This document shows positions 17,966 to 24,703 of a DNA stretch of 64,000 bases, in pieces. The stretch's first letter is position 1. The number at the start of each line of letters is the position of its first letter. The notes beneath the pieces were generated by a model. The model made no database searches and was not told the DNA's origin. It saw only the letters and a program-made list of their open reading frames with translations. The DNA comes from a virus (taxonomy: Duplodnaviria; Caudoviricetes). The stretch is from IMG/VR virus record IMGVR_UViG_3300027759_000043. The stretch is one strand, 5' to 3'. A program made the position numbers and the translations under genes.

Positions 17966-19121
17966 TAAAAATAGTAAGGTGCTGGCAGTTAACGCAGATT
18001 ACCTGCCTCGATTATTTCAATACTATAACATCTCAACTGAGCAGGTGGGTAGAATTATCAAGATAAAAGATTTCTTAGATTACAACTATCTAATAGATAT
18101 CAACAAAATCTTTAGTCTGAATCCAGAGTGGTATCCAATTGACAGAACTGGATGTGTCCATCATCCACTAAATTGGGAACAGTTAAATATTTGGCAAGCA
18201 CCATCGATTCAACTTTCATTAGAACAAGCATTAGAATCCAGGGTTGAGGAACTTAGTAAACTTGATCAAAAAATTAATTTATACTGGAGTGGAGGGATTG
18301 ATTCAACTACAATGGTAACTGCTTTTTTAAAGCATAGTAAAAATCTTAATCAATTACGTATTATATATTCTCCTTGGTCTACATATGAACACCCGGGATA
18401 TGTTGATTTTTTAAAAAAATTTTCAAGACTTGAGTTAATAGATCAAAGTGGTGAATATTATCTCAGCAGTGATCTAGATGGAATACATGTTACCGGCGAC
18501 GGTGGAGATGAATACAATGCCAGTGTAGACGAAAGTTTTTTGAAAATGCACGGATATCAGACTCTATATCGCAATTGGATAGATTTTTTTAGAGAGCAAG
18601 GAGCCTCGGAGATTCTAATAAATTTCTGTGTTGAATATTTTGCAAAGGCACAACGTCCCATTGAATCAGTATTAGAAGCACGTTGGTGGTTTTACATGAT
18701 TTGTAAAAATCGATCAATATTAAATCAAAGCAAGTTGCCATTTTTTATCAATAAAAATAAAAATTTTGATCCATCAAGATTACAAGGTTTTTTTGATGGT
18801 GACAAATATGCATCCTATATATACTGGAACACTGATAAAATTATGCCAACCGACAAATACAGTAGTTGGAAACAAGAATTAAAAAAATACTGTTACCAAT
18901 TCGATAGTATGGAAACGTGGTATCTTGACAAGACCAAATTTGGTAGCGGCCAATTTGATAGGTATGTTTTTAAAAAAAATATTCTTAATGACACTAGATG
19001 GATTTTTATACTTAATGATGGCACTAGAATTTCTACTCCAAACTTGCCATTATTAAGTAAAAAAGAACTTGATCGCCATTACGGTGAGTCGCTTCGGATA
19101 CTGTTCAATGAACCCAAATAA
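17958..19121 (+). CDS. PP-loop (adenine nucleotide alpha hydrolase-like) protein, asparagine-synthetase-like
   Basis: LYWSGGIDST PP-loop; VTGDGGDE. Confidence 0.6.
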   Translation: MLDKNSKVLAVNADYLPRLFQYYNISTEQVGRIIKIKDFLDYNYLIDINKIFSLNPEWYPIDRTGCVHHPLNWEQLNIWQAPSIQLSLEQALESRVEELSKLDQKINLYWSGGIDSTTMVTAFLKHSKNLNQLRIIYSPWSTYEHPGYVDFLKKFSRLELIDQSGEYYLSSDLDGIHVTGDGGDEYNASVDESFLKMHGYQTLYRNWIDFFREQGASEILINFCVEYFAKAQRPIESVLEARWWFYMICKNRSILNQSKLPFFINKNKNFDPSRLQGFFDGDKYASYIYWNTDKIMPTDKYSSWKQELKKYCYQFDSMETWYLDKTKFGSGQFDRYVFKKNILNDTRWIFILNDGTRISTPNLPLLSKKELDRHYGESLRILFNEPK

Positions 19122-20115
19122 ATTCTATGCCCCTTGGCACCCTCTCAAACATGTGATTCTTGGCGCTAGTTATAGTCCAGAATTTTATGATCCCATAAAA
19201 GATTCTTGTGTTAGGGACAGTTTACAAAAAATTGCACAAGAAACTGAAGAAGATTATTTAAATATCGAGATGGTACTAAAAACATTTGGCATACAGGTTG
19301 ATCGTCCTCAAATTAATCAACTTAGCACCATAATGGATTATGTTGACCTCAATGGTAAACTCACGTATAGCAGTTCAAAAAGTTATACATTGATTCCAAG
19401 ACCCCCAATGCAACCTAGAGACAGTTTGTTGATAATAGGAGAACAAGTATTACTCACCAGACAAGAGGCCAGTTGGTTTATAAATGACCTAGTAGACAAT
19501 TATCAATGTAGTGTATTAGAGTTTGACGCACCAATGATCACTGTAGTAGGCGATGCCATCGTGGTAGACTGCAAAGAACAACCGTGGTTGTATCAATATT
19601 TTGTTAAAAAATTTCCTCACTATCATATAATACCGGCTGCCATCGGCGGACACAATGATGCGGTGTATTGTTTGCCCAAACCAGGAGTTGTTGTTAGCAC
19701 ACATCATCATACCAACTATGAAGACACATTTCCTGGTTGGACAGTAAAGTTCATTGAAAATCAAAGTTGGAATGCTATTCCAAATTGGCGCAAATTAAAA
19801 CATAGCAACCAAGGTCGATGGTGGAGTCCTGAATCAAAACAAAATACGGAGTTTAGTAATTTTGTTAATACTTGGTTAACACACTGGTTAGGCTACGTTG
19901 AAGAAACTGTGTTTGACGTTAATATGTTGCAAATAGATGAAAAAACAATACTAGTCAACAACTACAACAAAGAAATGTTTGAATTTTTTAAACTTCATAA
20001 AATTGAACCCGTTATTACTCCGTTCAGACATAGATTTTTTTGGGACGGTGGGATACATTGCATTACCAATGACTTGTATCGAGAAGGCGTAAAAGAAAAC
20101 TATGTCAAATTTTAA
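19108..20115 (+). CDS. Amidinotransferase (pentein superfamily)
   Basis: PRDSLLIIG, GGHND, FDVNML, DGGIHCIT (catalytic Cys). Confidence 0.75.
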   Translation: MNPNKFYAPWHPLKHVILGASYSPEFYDPIKDSCVRDSLQKIAQETEEDYLNIEMVLKTFGIQVDRPQINQLSTIMDYVDLNGKLTYSSSKSYTLIPRPPMQPRDSLLIIGEQVLLTRQEASWFINDLVDNYQCSVLEFDAPMITVVGDAIVVDCKEQPWLYQYFVKKFPHYHIIPAAIGGHNDAVYCLPKPGVVVSTHHHTNYEDTFPGWTVKFIENQSWNAIPNWRKLKHSNQGRWWSPESKQNTEFSNFVNTWLTHWLGYVEETVFDVNMLQIDEKTILVNNYNKEMFEFFKLHKIEPVITPFRHRFFWDGGIHCITNDLYREGVKENYVKF

Positions 20116-20653
20116 TAATATATTTGATAATAAAATAAAATATAAAAAACAAGTTGATATCAACTTGTCCATCACCACCGGTTATACAATTAACTATGAC
20201 AATTACATAGATCGTCGAGATCAATCCAATGAATTTGATGTTCCTTGGGATCTACTCAGACTTACTATTGCAATTGATGATGTTGTGTTGTACCAAGGCA
20301 CTGTGGACCTTAATGGGGTGCAGTTGCATCATGTTATAATAGATACTGATCAATCACAACAACATCGAATAACATTTACTGTAGATGGGTTTACATCTCA
20401 ACATTCCTTTATCCACCAGGACCAAGAAATAAATGCTCAGATTCTAATAGATCAATTTGAAATTGCAAATTTAGACATAAGAGAAGTAGTGTCTGTCTAT
20501 GGAATCAGGACCTTAGACAATCAGCCAGGATCAAATTTTACAGCACACGAGATGTTACATGGTGATGGTACCCTGAGTTTGGAATTTGATACACCAATAT
20601 ATCCTTGGTTGTTAAGTAATTTTTCCAACATTCTACATTCCAAATCTCGATAA
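20102..20653 (+). CDS. Hypothetical protein (AT-rich)
   Basis: ORF track; overlap with upstream gene. Confidence 0.6.
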   Translation: MSNFNNIFDNKIKYKKQVDINLSITTGYTINYDNYIDRRDQSNEFDVPWDLLRLTIAIDDVVLYQGTVDLNGVQLHHVIIDTDQSQQHRITFTVDGFTSQHSFIHQDQEINAQILIDQFEIANLDIREVVSVYGIRTLDNQPGSNFTAHEMLHGDGTLSLEFDTPIYPWLLSNFSNILHSKSR

Positions 20654-20732
20654 AATTCCTATTATCAACATAGAAAATTACAATAGCAAAAATCTTGTTT
20701 CTGCTTGACTTCATTGATATATACTATTACAA
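20648..20732 (+). promoter_or_regulatory. Putative OxyR-like box and sigma70 promoter of ahpC operon
   Basis: CGAT-N7-CTAT-N7-ATAG-N7-CAAT (20648-20684); TTGACT(20705)-16-TACAAT(20727). Confidence 0.4.
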
Positions 20733-20779
20733 TAAACACTCAGTACAAACACTGAGTTCATTTTTAATAGGAGAAAACA

Positions 20780-21319
20780 ATGAAAACTGTAGGCGATCGA
20801 TTAACACCATTTGCTGTTACTGGCGTCAAGCCCGGACAACCCGAAGATGCTTTCTATACCATTACCGACGAGTCATTCGAAGGCAAGTGGAAAGTGATTG
20901 TGTACTATCCAAAAGACTTCACATTCGTTTGTCCTACAGAAATTGTAGCATACGACAAATTGGCACAAGACTTTGCTGACCGTGACGCAGTCCTGCTTAC
21001 AGGTTCAACAGACAACGAGTTCTGCAAAGTGGCATGGCAAAAGAGCCACGATGACTTGCGCAAGATCACACATCACCAGTTTGCTGACACACAGCGTGGC
21101 GAGTTGGGCCTGATTGAACAATTAGGTGTATTTTATGCTCCAGCAGGTGCCGCACTACGTGCCACATTCATCATTGACCCAGAGAACGTTATCCAACACG
21201 TGACTGTCAACAACTTAAACGTTGGTCGTAGCCCAGAAGAAACACTTCGTGTATTAGATGCGCTACAAACTGGCGAACTATGTGCTTGTAACCGCACAGT
21301 CGGTGGCGAAACACTATAA
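20780..21319 (+). CDS. ahpC: Peroxiredoxin AhpC
   Basis: YYPKDFTFVCPTEI, RATFIIDP, LDALQTGELCAC. Confidence 0.95.
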   Translation: MKTVGDRLTPFAVTGVKPGQPEDAFYTITDESFEGKWKVIVYYPKDFTFVCPTEIVAYDKLAQDFADRDAVLLTGSTDNEFCKVAWQKSHDDLRKITHHQFADTQRGELGLIEQLGVFYAPAGAALRATFIIDPENVIQHVTVNNLNVGRSPEETLRVLDALQTGELCACNRTVGGETL

Positions 21320-21939
21320 TGTTAGAAACCATATGCGACACCTTGGTTGAAGCATATAGACGCAACTGGATTACCAGTCGTGATGGCAATGTGAGTATTC
21401 GTCATCACGACCGTGATCACTTTTATATCACACCCAGTGGCGTCCGTAAGCAAACACTACAACCAGATCAGTTTAAAAAGATTAGTATCCACGGACTGTT
21501 ATGGCAAGAAGATCACTATACTGATATCAGTGCTAATCTAAAGCCCAGTGGAGAGATTCCGTTACACTTTGGATTACAAAGATGTATGGGCCAACATAGT
21601 AAGGATGTCAGGGTAGTTGTTCACCTACATCCTACTTACTGTATTGCGGCCATGCATGCCGGTATTGACCTTAGTACCATTAGTAATGCGTTTCCAGAAC
21701 TTAATCGTTATACCAAAGTAGCACCAAATGTAGGTGATGTTGCTCCTATCAGCCAAGAACTTGCCGATCGTTGTCACGAAAATCTACAATTAGATGACCG
21801 TGGTAATATTGCGCATGACATTGTGGGCATCAAAGGACACGGTGTTGTGGCCATTGACACAAGCCCATGGAGGGCGTTTGAACACATTGAACGATTGGAA
21901 CACATTTGTCAAATCGTATTAGCATCAGGGAGATATTGA
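21319..21939 (+). CDS. Class II aldolase/adducin-family protein
   Basis: RDGNVS, ITPSG, PSGE..H, VVHLHP, IKGHG. Confidence 0.85.
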   Translation: MLETICDTLVEAYRRNWITSRDGNVSIRHHDRDHFYITPSGVRKQTLQPDQFKKISIHGLLWQEDHYTDISANLKPSGEIPLHFGLQRCMGQHSKDVRVVVHLHPTYCIAAMHAGIDLSTISNAFPELNRYTKVAPNVGDVAPISQELADRCHENLQLDDRGNIAHDIVGIKGHGVVAIDTSPWRAFEHIERLEHICQIVLASGRY

Positions 21940-21940
21940 A

Positions 21941-22447
21941 ATGAGTTTTATTGAATCAGTTAAATCAGCGTTGCCAAACTACGCAAAGGACACCAAGTTA
22001 AATCTTGATGCTGTTCTTTTGCGTAGTACATTAGATGCAGATGTGGCCATTGGTTGTGCTGTGGCCGCACTGGCCGCAACTGGTAACGGTAAAATCCTAT
22101 CAGTAATTTTGGCAGATGCACCTGTACATGCTGAATCGGCAATGACAGCGGCCAGCATCATGGCCCAAAACAACGTTTGGTACCCCTACGTTGAAATGGC
22201 TGACGACGCAAGTCTAACGGGCCTACCGGCTCAGTTACGTATGAACGCTATTGCCGGTCATGGTGGAACTACCAAGTCAAACTTTGAAGCATTCTCTTTG
22301 GCTGCCTCGATTGTGGGCAAGTGCCATTTTTGTGTGAAAGCGCACTATGAGACCTTGAAAAAGGAAGGGTACTCTGTAGAACAACTTCGTGACATTGGTC
22401 GCATTGCCGCAGTAATGAATTCGGTAGCCCGGGTCTTAAATAGTTAA
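21941..22447 (+). CDS. ahpD: Alkylhydroperoxidase reductase AhpD
   Basis: YAKDTKLNL, MAQNNVWY, S..GKCHFCVKAH. Confidence 0.9.
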   Translation: MSFIESVKSALPNYAKDTKLNLDAVLLRSTLDADVAIGCAVAALAATGNGKILSVILADAPVHAESAMTAASIMAQNNVWYPYVEMADDASLTGLPAQLRMNAIAGHGGTTKSNFEAFSLAASIVGKCHFCVKAHYETLKKEGYSVEQLRDIGRIAAVMNSVARVLNS

Positions 22448-22461
22448 TACAAAAGTAGCAG

Positions 22462-22490
22462 TTGACAACAATCAGTTCTTCTGCTATAAT
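22462..22490 (+). promoter_or_regulatory. sigma70 promoter
   Basis: TTGACA-17-TATAAT. Confidence 0.8.
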
Positions 22491-22518
22491 ACACAATTAA
22501 CTATAAAAGGAGAAACAC

Positions 22519-23124
22519 ATGCCAGCAATATTTTTGGTCAGCGACACGCACTTTGGCCACGCCGGTGTGTGTCGCTTCACACACCCCGACGATCCTGAAG
22601 TGAAATTGCGTCCCTGGTCAGATCCAGATGAGATGGATGAAGAAATGATCCGGCGTTGGAACGACCGTGTGCGTCCTAATGACAAGGTGTATCACTTGGG
22701 CGATGTAGTTATTAACCGCAAAGCCTTGAAGACGTTGTCCAGGTTGAACGGTGACAAGGTGTTGATCCGTGGCAACCACGACATCTTCCGTGATGACGAG
22801 TACCGCGAATACTTTCGTGAGTTACGTGCATACCATGTAATGAACGGAATGATCTTGAGTCATATTCCTGTGCATGAGGCTTCATTGGGTCGCTTTGGTG
22901 TTAACATTCACGGACACTTGCATGCCAGTCGTGTGAAGAAAGCACGTGGTGTTGATGCCAAGACTGGTGCTACATTGTACAGCACTGAGATTGATCCAAG
23001 ATACCATTGCGTTTGTGTGGAACTTACAGACTTTACACCTATCTTGTTTGAAGATGTGATCCGACGCATCGAAGCAGAAGGTGGGGTAGTTGGTTTCAAA
23101 TCCGGCAACGGTCCTGCTATGTAG
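22519..23124 (+). CDS. Calcineurin-like metallophosphoesterase
   Basis: SDTHFGH, HLGD, GNHD, SHIP, HGHLH. Confidence 0.9.
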   Translation: MPAIFLVSDTHFGHAGVCRFTHPDDPEVKLRPWSDPDEMDEEMIRRWNDRVRPNDKVYHLGDVVINRKALKTLSRLNGDKVLIRGNHDIFRDDEYREYFRELRAYHVMNGMILSHIPVHEASLGRFGVNIHGHLHASRVKKARGVDAKTGATLYSTEIDPRYHCVCVELTDFTPILFEDVIRRIEAEGGVVGFKSGNGPAM

Positions 23125-23127
23125 AGG

Positions 23128-23156
23128 TTGACAGATCATAAATAAACCTGTACAAT
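23128..23156 (+). promoter_or_regulatory. sigma70 promoter of leader peptide
   Basis: TTGACA(23128)-17-TACAAT(23151). Confidence 0.8.
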
Positions 23157-23165
23157 AAACACAAC

Positions 23166-23297
23166 ATGAAACATTCTGCACACAATTCAAATTATCTACC
23201 CACACTAGGTCTAGGCACCTGTGCCGCCTTGTGGTCTACGACTGAGAACAATGGCAGTGAATCAGATGAGATCAGGGTCCGAGGAGACAGGGTATAG
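23166..23297 (+). CDS. 43-aa putative leader peptide (MKHSAHNSNYLPTLGLGTCAALWSTTENNGSESDEIRVRGDRV)
   Basis: ATG near predicted TSS; ends just before terminator; contains antiterminator-complementary CAGGGTCC. Confidence 0.5.
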   Translation: MKHSAHNSNYLPTLGLGTCAALWSTTENNGSESDEIRVRGDRV

Positions 23298-23322
23298 TTT
23301 AACAACTTACTCAAACTTCAAA

Positions 23323-23358
23323 GGACCCTGGATTAAAAACCCAGGGTTTTTTGTTTTT
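23323..23358 (+). terminator. Intrinsic terminator (possible attenuator)
   Basis: ACCCTGG/CCAGGGT stem followed by long T tract. Confidence 0.85.
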
Positions 23359-23369
23359 AGGAGAAAAAT

Positions 23370-23417
23370 ATGAGCACAGAAGAATATTGGCGATGGATTC
23401 ACGATAACGTACAATAG
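23370..23417 (+). CDS. 15-aa micro-ORF MSTEEYWRWIHDNVQ
   Basis: Strong SD AGGAG with correct spacing, directly after terminator. Confidence 0.35.
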   Translation: MSTEEYWRWIHDNVQ

Positions 23418-23455
23418 AGCGTTATCGAAGTGTAGTAGAAATACAACACATGGTG

Positions 23456-23484
23456 TTGACTAATAAATGAAAGACTGCTACAAT
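23456..23484 (+). promoter_or_regulatory. sigma70 promoter of tRNA/ncRNA array
   Basis: TTGACT(23456)-17-TACAAT(23479). Confidence 0.75.
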
Positions 23485-23568
23485 AGAACTTAACAAAGCA
23501 ACAAAGTAGATCGATACTGGTTGCAACAGATCTTTAAAAATCTCATTCATGTAGTCCTGCATTGCAGG

Positions 23569-23789
23569 CACTATATGAGAACACATTAGGGTTACCAGAC
23601 CCGTTAGAGGCATTGGTAGAAGTGAATCGACACCGGCGGGTGTCCGCTTGCTATCAGTCATGAGGCCGGCTCTCACCGTGAGGTGATCCAGAAAAGCGGC
23701 GGATCGTCTGGCAGTAATGACCGTGGTGACTTGGCCTCGCAAGCCAAGCAGAACGAGATCCACAACGGTTCCCAAATGTTTTTTCATAT
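23569..23789 (+). ncRNA. Structured ncRNA candidate Z (~220 nt, long closing stem)
   Basis: ATATGAGAACACATTAGGG pairs with CCCAAATGTTTTTTCATAT; internal hairpins GACACC/GGTGTC, GATCC/GGATC, CTTGGC/GCCAAG. Confidence 0.65.
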
Positions 23790-23865
23790 GGTGGGTTCAT
23801 CTAGAGGCCTAGGATAGTGCCCTTTCACGGCATTCACACCGGTTCGAATCCGGTACCCACTACCA
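23790..23865 (+). tRNA. tRNA-Glu(TTC)
   Basis: GGTGGGT/ACCCACT acceptor, GTGCC-CTTTCAC-GGCAT, GGTTCGAATCC, encoded CCA. Confidence 0.95.
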
Positions 23866-23945
23866 TATAGAAACATATTGCCGAGGAGCGACGTCTTTAC
23901 CATGGGCTCCGACCATAACGAGAGGTAGTGTGTTTCTATATGGTA
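23861..23945 (+). ncRNA. Structured ncRNA candidate A (19-bp closing stem)
   Basis: TACCATATAGAAACATATT/AGTGTGTTTCTATATGGTA with G-U pairs; inner GGAGC/GCTCC hairpin. Confidence 0.65.
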
Positions 23946-24068
23946 ACCATATAGAAGTATTCTTGGCATAAGTCAAAGCAGGAGAAGAAGCCTAGTATCT
24001 GCAGATGCGAAAGTTTCAGTGGTGCAAATCCCCTCCTAGGCCTGCCGTCGAGAGTGCTTCTATATGGT
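23946..24068 (+). ncRNA. Structured ncRNA candidate B (19-bp closing stem, tRNA-like T-arm)
   Basis: ACCATATAGAAGTATTCTT/GAGAGTGCTTCTATATGGT; GCAGG/CCTGC; GCCTAG/CTAGGC; GGTGCAAATCC loop. Confidence 0.7.
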
Positions 24069-24070
24069 AG

Positions 24071-24225
24071 ATGTTATAGTCAAGCATCGATAAGGTATCG
24101 TGTATGGACGCATACACTATTCGGGTCACAGCGGCCGGCGACTGATCCTAATATAACTGCATTCGGCTTTTGCACTCTTAGCGGAGGACGCATAAATTGG
24201 CATTCTCGGTGCTTGACTATAATAT
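24071..24225 (+). ncRNA. Structured ncRNA candidate C (20-bp closing stem, multibranch)
   Basis: ATGTTATAGTCAAGCATCGA/TCGGTGCTTGACTATAATAT; inner GTGTATG/CATACAC, GGGTCA/TGATCC, TGCA/TGCA. Confidence 0.65.
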
Positions 24226-24227
24226 TT

Positions 24228-24302
24228 GGTCCGATAGTATATCGGTTAGTATTTCGCACTGTCACTGCGAGGAGACGGGTTCGATTCCCGTTCGGACCGC
24301 CA
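24228..24302 (+). tRNA. tRNA-Asp(GTC)
   Basis: GGTCCGA/TCGGACC, TCGCA-CTGTCAC-TGCGA, CCA. Confidence 0.95.
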
Positions 24303-24309
24303 AGTTTTT

Positions 24310-24374
24310 GAGAGCCGCATCGCCCTGATACTTCCCTCGGTAACGAGACACTAGGTCTTGCAACAGCGGCTCTC
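24310..24374 (+). ncRNA. Small structured element D (9-bp closing stem)
   Basis: GAGAGCCGC/GCGGCTCTC; CTCG-GTAA-CGAG GNRA hairpin. Confidence 0.5.
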
Positions 24375-24392
24375 CCCTTTAAGGAGTTGACT

Positions 24393-24629
24393 GTGACTGA
24401 TACATTAAACAACTTGTCAGCAGGCATTACTGCTACTATTGACGACATAGTAGGCAATCACAGTTACACTGATAGATTAAAGAGCATGGGGTTCCGATCA
24501 GGACAAAGTATTCAAGTTCTTAGACGAACTCCGCATTGTATGCATGTGCGAGTGGGTTTCAGTGAGTGGGCCATACGCAACCAAGATGCAAAGTTAGTAA
24601 AAATTATTCCCCGAGAGCAATCTAGGTGA
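24393..24629 (+). CDS. feoA: Stand-alone FeoA (SH3-like) domain protein
   Basis: RLKSMGFRSGQSIQVLRR..HVRVG..AIRNQDA; SD AAGGAG then GTG 24393; stop lies inside tRNA-Asn. Confidence 0.75.
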   Translation: MTDTLNNLSAGITATIDDIVGNHSYTDRLKSMGFRSGQSIQVLRRTPHCMHVRVGFSEWAIRNQDAKLVKIIPREQSR

Positions 24630-24683
24630 AGGCGGCGGACTGTTAATCCGTGAAGCCTGGTTCGAATCCAGGTCGGGGAGCCA
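24608..24683 (+). tRNA. tRNA-Asn(GTT)
   Basis: TCCCCGA/TCGGGGA, GCGGA-CTGTTAA-TCCGT, G73, CCA. Confidence 0.93.
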
Positions 24684-24703
24684 ACCTCTTAATAAGTATC
24701 GTT

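Noticed and set aside
17958-19121. Calling this protein (or 26678-27796) QueC
   Set aside because: Only the generic SGGxDS PP-loop is shared. The proteins are much longer than QueC and lack its C-terminal Cys zinc motif. Kept only as a hypothesis.
23861-24068. CCATATAGAA repeats as a CRISPR array
   Set aside because: Copies alternate in orientation (inverted stems), there are only two units, spacing is irregular and no cas genes are present.
24140-24200. Twister ribozyme in element C (TAA..GCGGAG)
   Set aside because: Required pseudoknot pairings and the conserved internal-loop nucleotides could not be assembled.
24375-24392. Fur box upstream of feoA
   Set aside because: No GATAATGATAATCATTATC-like sequence is present.
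23422-24457. ORF-track ORFs 23422-23787(-), 23784-23969(-), 24054-24311(+), 24080-24457(-)
   Set aside because: They overlie tRNAs and structured RNAs, lack SD or promoter support and show no protein-like motifs.
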